Both the position numbers and the translations under genes were made by a program. This document shows positions 12,455-24,575 of a DNA stretch of 51,633 nucleotides, in pieces; position 1 is the first letter of the stretch, and each line of letters starts with the position of its first letter. This stretch comes from Clytia hemisphaerica (taxonomy: Eukaryota), in contig NW_027104315.1 in the NCBI RefSeq assembly GCF_902728285.1, positions 354,032-405,664 of the forward strand, read 5' to 3'. A model generated the notes under the pieces. That model had not been told where the DNA came from, searched no databases, and saw only the letters and a program-made list of their open reading frames with translations.

Positions 12455-12492
12455 GTAAGTTTTTTTCTGATATTCTTTACATGTTAATTTCA

Positions 12493-12655
12493 GTCAACCC
12501 TCTCTGACTCGATCTTCAAGGGACCAACTGCAACTTGACACAAGACTCCAGAAAGTAGTTTAAACCACTTTCCAGATGAGAAGACCATATTATTCAGTTC
12601 AAATTACAGAAAGATTCAAACAATGAAGGTTCGAATTAGAGAGGGCTGACTGTAA
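12493..12655. mobile_element. ~165-bp MITE with TIR CAGTCAACCCTCTCT…CGAATTAGAGAGGGCTGACTG; same family at 6420-6566 and 35295-35480
   Basis: Shared TIR 'ACAGT(C/T)(A/G)AC.CTCTCTAATT'. Confidence 0.65.
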
Positions 12656-13413
12656 TCAGACAATTTTCTTTCCCTAGGTCGTACATATTTTTTGCTATAA
12701 GATCAAACTGGAAACAAACTATTTAAGAGCATAACTCTTTGATAATAAGACGATTGTAAGACCAGTCTAAGAACATTTTAAAAGCTTTTTTGACACTAAA
12801 AGTCATATTGACAAAATGGTGCAATTAAGAGCGTTTTAAGAACGTTTTAAGACCTACAAAGTTAAGAGCACTAGAGGGCTTCAAAGATCTTGAATATTTT
12901 TTTAAAAACGTTGTTGCAAAATTCGATAATGTTTCTTGCCCATTTGACGCAAAAATGTTGCCACGAGAATTAAGTTTGAAGGTAAAGACAGAAATTTTGA
13001 GTGCTTTTGAAAGTCAGTGTCCACATCATTTAGAAACCAAAGTTGATTGTGAAATTTATATTTGCTTTGACCTGTACCTCGAGATATAAATACATGTTGG
13101 TGGACCAGTTTGGGTTCAAAATGTTAAAACATTTTAATATTTCCATTAACTACCTAATCGGCCGTTTTTACATCGGCCCTTATAGCCGTCATTTTTTGTC
13201 GCTTGTGTAAGAAGGGTCTAAATTAAAATAGGGCTTGGCTAAAAATGGAAAAAACGACCTTTGACGTAATGAAGGCCAGCGCAAACGGGGCCGGCACTAA
13301 ACTGGGGCCGGATTTAAAAAAAAAATGATAAGGTATAAGAATGACAGCTTTTATAAAAACTCATATGCCTCTGGTACTTTACAACATAATTGCCGTTTTA
13401 TTATTTTTTTTAG

Positions 13414-13655
13414 ATGAGTTTCCCAAATTGAAAGGAAAACCTGAAGTAACTGTTGGTAGTCATGGCAACCGAATACGTTTCACTTGTGATTTCGAACCAG
13501 AACAAATTAAGAACAATGCAAAATATAAAGTGTCATGGTACACACGCACATCTGATGGTAATGCAGAATTAGTGAAGACAGAGACGTTACATGGAAATCA
13601 AACAAAATCTTTTTTACAAAACACTGATGGGCAAAAATTCTGCTTACAGAAAAAT
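13414..13655 (+). CDS. Exon, Ig-like domain (…VTVGSHGNRIRFTCDFEPEQIKNNAKYKVSWYTRTSDGNAELV…GQKFCLQKN)
   Basis: Ig-type C…W…C spacing (FTCDF / VSWY / KFCL); acceptor tttttttag|AT, donor AAT|gtaagt; phase-consistent. Confidence 0.6.
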
Positions 13656-13704
13656 GTAAGTTGGTTCTTTTTTACAATATCCCAAATACAGTAAGTTAGC
13701 CTAA

Positions 13705-13905
13705 TGTCGACACCTCTCTTCTAATTTCGACACTCTTATTTAGAGATAGGAATAATAGGAAGGTCATAATCAATGATTGACAAAAGATTTATTCCTCTCT
13801 AATCCCTAAAGCAAAGAAAAATAATTTCAATCAGTGATTCCGACCTTCCAGTTATTCCTATCTCTAAAGAAGGGTGTCGAATTTAGAAGAGGGGTCGACA
13901 TTAGA
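13705..13905. mobile_element. ~200-bp palindromic MITE (AATGTCGACACCTCTCTTCTAATTTCGACAC…)
   Basis: Long perfect inverted repeat arms. Confidence 0.7.
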
Positions 13906-14395
13906 TCAACTTACGGTACAATGAAAGCACTTTAAAAGGATAATCCAAACTCAAACCAAGTCCCTTAGTTCGCTTTTTAGGATTCTGACAGCGCTAACGA
14001 TTGTATCACGTCAAGTAGTAAAATTAAAGGTTTTGTTTTTATTTAAGTGTTTCTGTTTCATATCAGACACGTATTTCATATCAGGACAGTGTCTTCCTAT
14101 TGTTATATTATGCTTATATAAGCAAAAAATGTTTTTCTTTTCAAGAGGTCTGTGTCAATTCAATGTGAAAAAGCTTGTAAATTAAAATTGATGAGTAAAC
14201 AAACATTATCACTCTTATTTTAAAACAAAACCTTTAATAAGTGATGCAAGTGGCTCTGGTTACGAGATTGAGGATAGCCAGATGGTTTTTGATTTAAGCT
14301 TGTTGCTTATTTCATGAGTCAAAACAATCAAATATTTTTGCCTAATTATTTTTTCCTAAATCGGATATAAAGCTCCTTTTTGTTATATTTTTCAG

Positions 14396-14482
14396 TTCTT
14401 TTGTGAGGTTAGTTCTGTATTCCCGGACTCCGAAGATATTTCTGATACCAAAAGAAGCGATGATTTCTTTGCTGGAATAAAG
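14396..14482 (+). CDS. Exon (FFCEVSSVFPDSEDISDTKRSDDFFAGIK)
   Basis: Acceptor tatttttcag, donor AAG|gtaaga; 29 codons, phase 0 in and out. Confidence 0.55.
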
Positions 14483-15182
14483 GTAAGACTTAAATTGATC
14501 CTTGTTCAGTGCAGATTCAAGCAAGGTTCTAAATCTTATGACGGAGGGTTTTTAGCCATACTCATTATAAGGAAATCAAGACGCTTAAATTTAAGCCTAC
14601 TAAGACCCACTACTGAATTGTGTGTGCAACTATTCTCAAATAGGATTTGGTAATGTAACAAGCTTTAAAGGTTTTATTTTTACATAAGTGTTACCGTTTC
14701 ATATCGGACACATATTTCATATCAGGACAGTGTCCAGTAGTTAATTTGGAGAGGGTGAAATGTATCTTCGAGAGGGGAGGCGGAAAATTTGATCCCCCTT
14801 CTGAAAGAAATTGCCCAAATTTTTCGTTCCGGTTAGGAAAGATACCCTTATATTTCAGCGCCGTTGATTTTAACCCCATTTGAAATTCAAAGGAAAAAAT
14901 TGCACTCAAACCTCATCCCCACTGGTTTTTTCTGAGCTGGGAACAATTAGAATTACAAACAATTAGGGAGTGAAACATCTGACCCTAAATCAAAGCTGTA
15001 TTATTTGTATAGTTGTAATGATGACAAAACATGGAGATATAAAGAAACAGGAGAAGTATGCTATTGTAACCAAGCTCGCTTTACGATTAAAAAAGTTACG
15101 ATGTATGTATGCTCATAATCTCATATATCGTGCATTTTTAATGAGCTCTTTTATCCATTGGTGAAATCTTATTGGCTCATTG

Positions 15183-15706
15183 GCTGCGTTTAGACCAACT
15201 GGCATTTGTAATTTGGCATTTGCTCATGAGTGAGTCGATTTTAATAGCTTTTCCATTGTATTTTCTGTCATGGCATTTAAGGAATCGTCTTTTTAGAGCC
15301 ATTACTGAAAAGGTGATTCCATCAAGTTCAACTTTGACAGATCAAACAATGAAAAGCATGGAATTTCTCAAAAACTGCAGTCATTAAGACTGAAACTTTT
15401 TGCCGTAGGGCTAGGCTATGGCAAATCTTGCAAATTTTACAATCTATAGAAAGAACTGAATAAAAAACGTGCAAAAACTTTAAAAAATCAAAAATATCAT
15501 TTTTTCTCTTTGTTTTGGTTCCTTTGTTTGATTTGAAATGCCAGAAAAGGGGATTCCTTTGCTCAAAATGGCATTTCAAATGCCAACGAAATGCCAACAC
15601 GCTGTCATCATTAGGCGTTTGACAAACCGAACAATTGCGCGGAACAATAGAATTCAAAAGAATACTGCAAGCAATTACAAATGCCAGGCTGGTCTAAACG
15701 CAGCCA
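15183..15706. mobile_element. ~525-bp MITE with TIRs GGCTGCGTTTAGACCA.C.GGCATTTG
   Basis: Inverted repeats at 15183-15215 and 15672-15706. Confidence 0.65.
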
Positions 15707-16628
15707 TTGAAGCTTTAGAAATTAGTTGAAACGAGATTCATTGTTTCTGACATCAGTGTAAGAAAATATTTCGACAAAAAGAGCCCTGTAAACTTGGCAA
15801 CCCTTCGTCAAATAATAAGATTTTTCGATCAATGTTTTTTTAAAGTGAACTCTATTGCTTGATACTTTCCTCCAAAATACTCCAGCCACTTAATGGCTAC
15901 AAATTGAGTCTGAAAGTGCGTGTGCTTATAAAGAACTTTTCATTTTTTGGCTTGAGAAAATATCTTTTCAAAACAAAATTGAACGGATAACGAAATGGAA
16001 CGTAAACTTGTGTCGTGGACGAAGTCTATATATTAATACGCTTAAACGTGTGTGTTTACAACGTTCTGTAAAAAGTGTTCGAAATTATAACAAAGCTCTA
16101 CAAAGCCTCTTCTTCACGGCGTTGAACCATCGTCTCTTTGCACCCCACGCAGTTTTCCTACCACTAGACTAACTTTGAGACGCCAGTATACTATTTTCTT
16201 TACAGCAACATTGGAGCTGGATGGGTTAAAATCAACCTTCTTCACAAATATATTTTTTGCTTTAGAAGATTCCTAATTCAGATGATCTTTAAAACTTTCT
16301 GTTTACTATAGCGGCTCCCTATCACTTTCAAAACTTTTCAAAGTCTTACAAAGTCACTCTCGAATGTCCAGCCACGATGGCTAGCCACGATGGCTAAAAA
16401 GATCGAAAATATAATTCTTCTAAGCCAATTACTTAATTGTGATTAAAAATTGCAATGCAATGTTATCTTTTATCTATTTTTTTCATTAAATGAAAATCGT
16501 ATCACTATTTTGGCAGTTATATTTCTTCCTACAGAGATTTTTTATATGTATAGTGATTCGCTGGATTGGGACACGCAGCGTGCGATGCTGCGCATACGGC
16601 TAGTTTTGTTTAATTTTCGAATATTAAC

Positions 16629-16892
16629 CCTTAGGAGGCGAAACACGTATATATACGTTTTGAAAAGGTCATTTTACCGATACACAGTCTTTTGGTCATA
16701 ACTGACCACTTCAGATTCAGACAAAAAAAATCTGCTATTTTTCGTAGCTGAGAGAAAGAGCTTTCTAGTGATACCAAAGTTGATACCTTAATCGTTTGTC
16801 CTGGTCGAGAAATTGCCTTTGAAAAAATAAATTTCCAGAAAAACATGATGAAATTTTTGGCCTTTTTCAAAAAAGTTAGCGGCTTTGAAAGG
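16629..16892. mobile_element. ~265-bp TTAA-flanked element (TTAA|CCCTTAGGAGG…GAAAGG|TTAA), piggyBac-like MITE, copy 1
   Basis: TTAA on both flanks, CCC…GG termini; second copy 17015-17282 is ~97% identical and 120 bp downstream. Confidence 0.6.
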
Positions 16893-17014
16893 TTAATAAA
16901 AATTTTTTAAATCTTTAAAACTGGCCCAAACTGTCCAAAATGACTATTGGTACTAAGAGAAAGTAGATAAAGGCATTTTAAATGAAAAATGAAAAATCAT
17001 TGAGTCCATGTTAA

Positions 17015-17282
17015 CCCTTAGGAGGCGAAACACGTATATATACGTTTTGAAAAGGTCATTTTACCGATACACAGTCTTTTGGTCATAACTCCTGACCACG
17101 TCAGATTCAGACAAAAAAAATCTCCTATTTTTCGTAGCTGAGAGAAAGAGCTTTCCAATGATACCAAAGTTAATACCTTAATCGTTTGTCCTGGTCGAGA
17201 AATTGCCTTTGAAAAAATAAATTTCCAGAAGAAAATGATGAAATTTTTGGCCTTTTTCAAAAAAGTTAGCGGCTTTGAAAGG
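17015..17282. mobile_element. ~265-bp TTAA-flanked piggyBac-like MITE, copy 2
   Basis: As above. Confidence 0.6.
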
Positions 17283-17723
17283 TTAAGAGGCTACAATGTT
17301 CAATACTGATAATTAAAACGTTCTGAGCAAACTTGAGTTCTACAAAAAAGGCGAGCTTAGAATTCCTTTTGATACATTTTGTAAAAGAAATCAATAGACT
17401 TTAACGACCAATTACCGACACATTCAACTCCTGTTTTTCTTTATACCTCCATGTGTTAATGTGCTAAATTTTTATTGATATCAATCTATATGATGATCAA
17501 TCTATACACTAATACTTCGAACAAACGCCCTCTTCTTTTAAACTCCCCCTCAAATAAAATTCTCCTTCAAATAAACGCCTCCCTTCTAAAATTGGTGTTT
17601 ATTTGAAACAATTAAACACCCTTCCCCCCTCGAATAAACGCACTATCTAAAATCCAAAAAAATTAATAAACGCCCGCGCCGCGTTTATTCCAAGTATACG
17701 GTATACATTTTTTTCCATTTTAG

Positions 17724-17887
17724 ATCAGCCCTACAACGATAGATTTGGCTGAGAATGATGCACCAAAAGAGTTAAAGTTCGAGACCACTGTACCAATCAC
17801 CTGCGAGCCATTATTTCCTGATTGTGCGGTCGACCTTGAAGTTGCACAAACGCAGAATAATGGCGTTCTGAGTTTTTGTAAAATAAG
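17724..17887 (+). CDS. Exon (ISPTTIDLAENDAPKELKFETTVPITCEPLFPDCAVDLEVAQTQNNGVLSFCKIR)
   Basis: Acceptor ccattttag|ATC; donor AG|gttact chosen so that phase fits exon 10; an alternative donor at 17878 is possible. Confidence 0.5.
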
Positions 17888-18184
17888 GTTACTTTATCAA
17901 CCAATACACGCTTTTTATAAGAACCAAAGAATATCATAATATGCAACTTCGAAGTCAATAATTTCGGAACATTTTGAGATCACATTTCAGGGGGTTTACA
18001 GGTTTTATTTAAACCATGCAATTTCTCATAAAATAAGACCAAGAATACTTACAAATAGCTGATAATAGGAACATTTATGCCTAAACCCATAAAGATGCAA
18101 TTTTTTGATATTCTTATCTTATAAAAGACGTGAATATTCAATTTGATACGGGATAATATTGCTTGTATAAACTACTGGATACAT

Positions 18185-18515
18185 CTGGTGCAGTGGCGTG
18201 GTGGCAGGGGGGGCCAGGGGGGCCAGCCCCCCCCCCCAGCGGGGCCCTTTTGAGAGGGGGCGCCAAAAAATAAGGGACGCCAAGAAGGATTTTTCAGGCA
18301 CCCATATCGAAAGATTGACAAATGAAAAAACAAAAATGGCGCCCCTCATTACCTCAAAAACTCAAAAATTTTTGGCTCGCTTCGCTCGCACACTCCCTTT
18401 TTGTGTTCATAAATGAGCGTATAGAGAGGGGCGCCAAAAACAAAAAATCTTTAAAAAGGGCGCCATATTTGCCTTGGCCACCCCAGAGAAATTTTCCCAC
18501 CACGCCACTGATCTG
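18185..18515. repeat. Foldback element with arms CAGTGGCGTGGTGG/CCACCACGCCACTG, long C/G homopolymers and 'AGGGGCGCCAAAAA' subrepeats
   Basis: Inverted termini and internal repeats seen directly. Confidence 0.6.
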
Positions 18516-18854
18516 GTGTTCCGGTCTTATGCGAGTCATCCTTATCCAGACACTATACCTGAATAAGTTGTCAAGACTATTAAACTTTTTGAAAAACAAA
18601 TTTTAAACTTTGAATTGCAGGATGAAATATAAGTCAATTTTCTAGCCGGGCTGAAATTCCAGGTTATTTTCACACTGGGGACGATAGTGCTGCCTAATAT
18701 TCCAATAGGGCTTGGGTCGAAGCGCAGTCTGTGATACAGGGATGTTCTTTAGATATTTTGATTAACAAATTTATGTATCTTCTCTTGGAATGACTGAAAC
18801 CACTGGGAAAACCCGCACTTTTAGGCTGGAAGTTTATTGCATTCTTCATTTCAG

Positions 18855-19014
18855 TTTTAAGAAGGGTCCAGCTGGTCAAGTAAAAACAATGGAAGTTGTT
18901 GCCAAAAGAGATTTTATTGACGACGGTGATAAATCAATGAAAATCAAATTTCATATTCCTTTAACTCTATTTGTACCCGATTGGAAATGCCATGCAGAGT
19001 TTCCAGATGTGACG
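18855..19014 (+). CDS. Exon (SFKKGPAGQVKTMEVVAKRDFIDDGDKSMKIKFHIPLTLFVPDWKCHAEFPDVT)
   Basis: Acceptor cttcatttcag, donor ACG|gtaaga; open frame. Confidence 0.55.
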
Positions 19015-19663
19015 GTAAGATCGTCATCTCAACAATATTTATTCTTTACATACCGCCCAGAAAGGTTTAAGTAGCACACGGTACAATACGGGATATATTT
19101 TTCGAGCTCAGATTTTTCGTCATATTTTCCGAGCCTTTATGCAAGGAATTTATATTTTGTTTGGCTGCAATTCAAAAGATAGAACTAGAAAAAGAACTGG
19201 TCAGTTGATCTATGAAATATGCATCAATAATTAAAAGTAATAGTTCATCTTTATTTTGATATCACACACTTGCTTTCCATTTCATGAATATTCATCCCGA
19301 GCATGTTGTGTTGTTGTGTCCTCTTGTTGGTATTGTTTTGTCTCTTTTTGTTTATTACACTTTTTGAATAGTTGAAATTCAATACGTCTTTTACTCATGT
19401 ATATCGATGATCCGATTTCAGTCGGAAAGGGTATATTGCTAGGTTTGCAAATTGACGGGTACGTCCATTGAGTTTGAAGCCCTGGGCTAAAGAGGAATCT
19501 TCAACCTTTCTCAAGCAAGAAAAAAGCAGAGCCTTAAGATTTGCCCAACATTAAAAAATTTTGTATGAAAGCCACACGAATCATGTGATTAGGTTGGGAA
19601 ATGAGTGGTCTTGTTTCTCACCCAGGAGTTCCGGATCTAGCCTTTTGTCAATTTTGTCTATAG

Positions 19664-19801
19664 GTACACACTAAAGATGTTACAACAGCCAATTGCTATT
19701 CCAATGGTGATCCACACATTACAACATTTGATAACAGAAGATTCGACCATTACAGAGTTGGTGATTATGTTTATACCAAATCTGGTGCACGTCTATTTGA
19801 G
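19664..19801 (+). CDS. Exon, start of von Willebrand factor type D domain (VHTKDVTTANCYSNGDPHITTFDNRRFDHYRVGDYVYTKSGARLFE)
   Basis: Canonical VWD opening C.S.GDPH..TFD...F.F.G.C.Y; acceptor ctatag|GT, donor GAG|gtaggc; 46 codons. Confidence 0.8.
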
Positions 19802-20924
19802 GTAGGCTCAGTTATAGAGGAGTTTTTTCAAAGGATTTACCGATAGAATTATAGTAATGTGCTTTGTGTATAAATCAAATTCTTCATTCCAATATTTAGA
19901 GTTTCCTTTGGTATAAGGAAAATAAAGTAACTACAATCAGTGCCATAACATATTGGCAATTTTGGCTATTTACCATTTTTCAAAAATTAAAGTTCGAGCG
20001 AGAATGTCATTTTCGGATCTCCAACTTGGTTTCATCGAATATTTCGATCTGGGAAGGATTTATTAGTTTCTTATATTTCAAGCCCTACCGGACCATTTTT
20101 GAACTTTTGGATCTTCAGATCCTAAGGTCCTAAGTTTCCAAGTTAATTTAGAATGCTTCCAAATTGTTTGTGGTTATAAAATTTCGTGGGGAATTTCCCT
20201 TTTGTGCCAAGTATTTTAGCACTGAATGTAGACCTATAGGCGAACGCAACGGCCTATTGAATGACTGGCAACAGTATAGTTCCTTGCAGACGGATTATTT
20301 TATGATCATTAGAAAATTTGGACTAGTAATCTCATGGTTTGGATTGAAATTCTTACAATTCTGAAAGACGTCAATTTAACACTGGAAATCAATCTGAAAC
20401 TTAAAGAAAAGGTCTCAAAAAAGTCATGGAAACGCAAATCGCGTTTAAATTGGATAGTATTCCATTTACTTAGAGCCTTAGAAGTTAGTAAGAAACTTGA
20501 AAAAGGTGATTAATTTCTAAACGATGGAAACTTCACTTTTGCAGGAAATTACAAAAGCTAGGAGGGAAATTAGAAGTTCACGGCAAAATTACAAATTGAC
20601 GTATAAGCGAAAACGTCATTCGATTTCAGTCAACCATGAGATAAATGCTTAGTAATAGACCTTTTCACATAAGTTACATCACGCAACGCTTACATCGTTT
20701 TCAAAATATTGCTATGGTAATTGAGTCCCAGAGGAGTTCATAAGAAGTTGACTGTATTAATAAAAGTAACATTTGAAGACTCCTGGGACATAATGGGTGT
20801 TAGTTTGGGCATGGATTTATTATAGAGACTCTGAATAAACATCGAATGAAACGGTGGAGAGCCAAGTATTGCCTTTCCATCGTTTTTGCATCTTTCTCGC
20901 AATTTAAAACGTCATAGCGACGTA

Positions 20925-21200
20925 TAATTAGTAAATAGGGAGGTTAAGTATCAAAGATAAACCAACGCGACGAACGGACGGGTTTTGACCCACAACCTGC
21001 ATTAAACATGTGGACCTGCATTTTCTTTAGAATCCAGGCTAAAACAGCTCAAGAACGAAAAACCGTGAAAATCTTCGTTGTTGAACAAAGAAGATGTAAC
21101 ATCTACTTTGCTACCCTTACCGTCATCTTGCAGAGAAAAGGTCCGTTCGTCGCGTAGATTTATCTTTGATACTTAGCCTCCGTAATAACTATATTAGTTC
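20925..21200. mobile_element. ~275-bp MITE with ~50-bp TIRs (…GGAGGTTAAGTATCAAAGATAAA.C.ACGCGACGAACGGAC…) in a VWD intron
   Basis: Inverted repeats seen directly. Confidence 0.7.
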
Positions 21201-21629
21201 AAATCTCGGAGGAGAACTTAAAGTCTCATTTGGGAATTGAATAAGTGTATTTTGATGAGAAATGCAATAAGAATGCTATGAAGGATCATTTTAATGGTGG
21301 AAGGAGGGCTAACAATAATTTCATTACTGCGGACAAGGTTTGAATATGAGAGATTGGCAAAAATCAGCCAGTTGTTAATCCAGTGTCTATAATAATTCTA
21401 TGGTTTGGGGTATTCGTCGGTTTATCAAAAGTTACATTAATCCCGTTACCTCAAGCCGTCAGTGGAAAAACACCCAACCAACGAGCATTTGTATTCTTCC
21501 TTCTTTCCCTATAATTTTCAATAAGGACAAAATGTAACACTTTTTCTAGCGATTTATTTTTCTACAACGGGGTAGGGCAGTTAGGGAGGTAATTAGGAAA
21601 TTTACTATAAAAACGTATTTTCAACGCAG

Positions 21630-21815
21630 GTGCACGTACGAACTTTTGTTTGCGCTTCGGTGTCCTGTAATTGTGGAGTAGCAGCCAGAGAAGGTGATGA
21701 CGTCATGGTGGTGGACATGTGCCGAGACAATGTACCACGTGCTAGGTTCGCGAGTACTGTTGAACCACAACCTGGAACTAGAATTAATCGTAGTCCTGAT
21801 GGAAAAGTTTTTGAG
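21630..21815 (+). CDS. Exon, VWD domain continued (VHVRTFVCASVSCNCGVAAREGDDVMVVDMCRDNVPRARFASTVEPQPGTRINRSPDGKVFEV)
   Basis: Acceptor ttttcaacgcag|GTG, donor GTA-adjacent GAG|gtatga; 62 codons, phase 0. Confidence 0.7.
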
Positions 21816-22396
21816 GTATGAAAAAAATGCTGATAATGTTGATTTTATCAATCCGGTCTCGATAATTTATTTTCCGAGTGACATGCACTTTCGAACTATA
21901 ATCATAAAAGAAATAAAAAGTTTTTCAATATAAAAAAAAAGCCATTTGCCAGAAGCTAATCTCTAACTTACAGTTATCGCTACAATACACTGGTGAAATT
22001 GTCTGAACATTTACATTGCATGTGACTATCTATTTTGCAATAGTTGCTGAAAGTTTTATTAATAACCTATAACCAAGAAGCTGCGTAGAAGAGCGAGCAA
22101 TAGTTGGTGAGAGGGTGTTGGTTAGCATCCCGCCGACAAATTTTCTTTTCAAGGCTTAACCCAATGGGACGTTCATTTTTTTCCCGCGTAATATCTCAAT
22201 AGCGTAGACAAGGGGGGCGCAAAATGTGTGTCGGAAAGCAGATTTTATGACCCAGTAATTATCCTTTTATATTATGAATAGATTATTACAGTGTCATAAA
22301 AATCTGCTCTCCTACACATATTTTGCGTGTCTACGTGTCTTTCAAGTTGGAGTGTCAGTTTACATCGCTGACTACAACCTAATTTTTTTATTTAAG

Positions 22397-22620
22397 TTTT
22401 CTTTCCCGTCTGGTGCATCCGTTCGCTTCGAAGCAAGACGTTGGTTTGGTAACACTTACTACGCAAATATCGTGGTCAAACTTCCCTCAGATGATTATAA
22501 AAATACATCTGGTTTATGTGGTATCTGGGACAGTTCGTCTTCCAATGATTTGACCAGTAAAGAAGGACAGAAATTCCAAGGAGGCGGTCAAGCGCCACTT
22601 GGTTTCACAGAAAGTTGGAA
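22397..22620 (+). CDS. Exon, VWD domain continued (…VKLPSDDYKNTSGLCGIWDSSSSNDLTSKEGQKF…)
   Basis: VWD hallmark 'GLCG..D....ND'; acceptor atttaag, donor AA|gtaaga. Confidence 0.75.
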
Positions 22621-23329
22621 GTAAGATCTATATACATCTTTTCGACCGTAGTCGCGCGGTCAGGCGCGCACCGCTTAATTATTTAGTTATCCCCCTAAAC
22701 TCGATCCAATCCTTTTTGACACATTTACCTATTGTCTATAGGTGCGAAAAAAGGACTGGGACAGTTTTAGTGGGATAAAGCGGACAAAAAAATACCCGCG
22801 TGGCAATTGGTAGCTACGGTAGAAAAGATTTATTATTGGCCAGCATCAGATATAAGCACTTTTTCATTACAACACATTTTATAAGAACTAGGCTGAAATG
22901 TTGGAAAAAATAAAAACATCATAATAATATGGCCATCCTGAAAAGGGGAAGTAAAAATATTCCCAAATTTGCTTAAAATCATATGAATTAATTTAAAAAT
23001 TCATTCTATAATTGCAGTAATTCTTTTACTTCCCATCTTTGAATTATAGCAAATTTATTTTACTGGGGGCAGCCAATTTCTATAAGTCATAAGGATATTA
23101 AGGGAATTAGGGAGTGGTCAAAAAATATCTTCTAGGTCGGGTGAAGGATTTTTTAAAAGTATTTTAGGCTCATTATTGCCAATAACATAAGCACTTTCAG
23201 GCTCAAAACCAATTAAGACGTTCTTATAAAAAAAGTTCCACAATAATAATCGGGGAAAGCAGTTCGCTACGCAAGCGTTAGCTGCAACGACGAAAATTTT
23301 GAGGGGGTGATGAAATTGTCCCCAGACAA

Positions 23330-23830
23330 ATTTTAATTTTCTACGATATTTTATTACCCAACCAAAACTTTTACCCGATTTTTTTATACCCGACCAAAAC
23401 TTTTACCTGATTTTTTCCCCACCCAAAACTTAATAAGTCTTTAAAAAATCCAAATATTAACAAAGTTTTTACTTTATGAAGATGTCCCTCACTTCCAGGC
23501 ATTTTTGTCAGAAAGAAAAGATAATAGTTTGTAGCGGTAATTTAATGTTGTAATAAAACTATTGAAACAAATGAGTATTACTAAAAATCTTGATAATTCC
23601 CTCTTATGCTCTATATTTGTCAGGAACATTTAAAAAATTTGGTTGGGGAAAAGTGACGAATTTGAAATTTCGGTCGGTGAAAAGTGACGAATTTGAATTT
23701 TCGGTCGGTGAAAAGTGACGAATGTGAAATTTCGGTCGGTAAAAAGTGACTAATTTGAAATTTTGGTCGGGAAAAGTGACGAATTTGAAATTTTGGTCAG
23801 GGGAAAGTGACAAAAATGCCTCTAGGTGAC
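23330..23830. repeat. Foldback-like structure: ~30-bp tandem subrepeats (ACCCGACCAAAACTTTTACC x3) at 23330-23440 and inverted ~38-bp tandem subrepeats (GGTCGGTGAAAAGTGACGAATTTGAAATTTC x5) at 23640-23825
   Basis: The tandem arrays share the CGACCAAAA/TTTTGGTCG core in opposite orientation. Confidence 0.55.
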
Positions 23831-23918
23831 GAAAAAAAAACTCCAACTAAATAAAACTTTTCACCGATAAGGTATGCTATGCACGACCTAGAAATGAAAA
23901 ACTTTTTGCTGTTAATAG

Positions 23919-24112
23919 GTTAACACCTGGATCAAGTTTATTTTATCATCGTGGTGGACCACAAAAATGTTTGGCTGAAAGATTCAAAACATACTGTTTC
24001 TGCAGTGAAAACGCTCAGAACAACCAAGTTATCAATTGTACTACTAATGCTATTGTTGATCGTCCAAAATATATTGTCGGAAATAACCAATATCAGGAGC
24101 TCAATTTTCCAG
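23919..24112 (+). CDS. Exon, VWD C-terminal Cys-rich region (KLTPGSSLFYHRGGPQKCLAERFKTYCFCSENAQNNQVINCTTNAIVDRPKYIVGNNQYQELNFP)
   Basis: Acceptor gttaatag|GT, donor CCAG|gtaagt; phase 2 in, 1 out, consistent with neighbours. Confidence 0.65.
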
Positions 24113-24295
24113 GTAAGTTTTCCCACGTTACGAAGAATAATTCTTTTTTTCGGGAATGATTCCACTAAAAATTATGTATTTAAAGAATTGCGAAGTGATC
24201 TAGTCTCCATGACTCCAACCCTCAAGGGGACGCAATTTTTTTCGAGTTAAGGAAATTTCAGCTATGGAGTAAGGTTTGTAAGGAATTTTTAACTT

Positions 24296-24575
24296 AAGGT
24301 CCAACAAAACGTAAGTGACCGTAGCATGAAGGTAGAGCATCCAGCTACGGTAGGCAAGGTTGTGGGTTCGATCCCCAGCCGGGTCATACCAAAGATTCCC
24401 GAAATGGTACTTGATGCCTCTCTGCTTGATGCTTAGCAACTAAAGAGACAGATCAAGGGTAAGTGGAGAAATCCAGGGAAAGGAGTGGCGCCCTCGCCTA
24501 CCTTCGGGTAGACAGCTATACGAAAAGGGAGCCTTTGGGTCACCCTCGACTGCGGTTGTAAACTTACTTTCAACA
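24296..24575 (+). mobile_element. tRNA-derived SINE copy (most complete; head ends '…GGTTCGATCCCCAGCCGGGTCATACCA')
   Basis: As above. Confidence 0.7.

Noticed and set aside
23640-23825. A regularly spaced ~38-bp direct repeat array that superficially resembles a CRISPR array
   Set aside because: Repeat units are imperfect and there are no unique spacers of uniform length between them (the spacer is part of the unit). The context is eukaryotic with GT-AG introns, and an inverted partner array lies upstream. It fits a minisatellite or foldback arm, not CRISPR.
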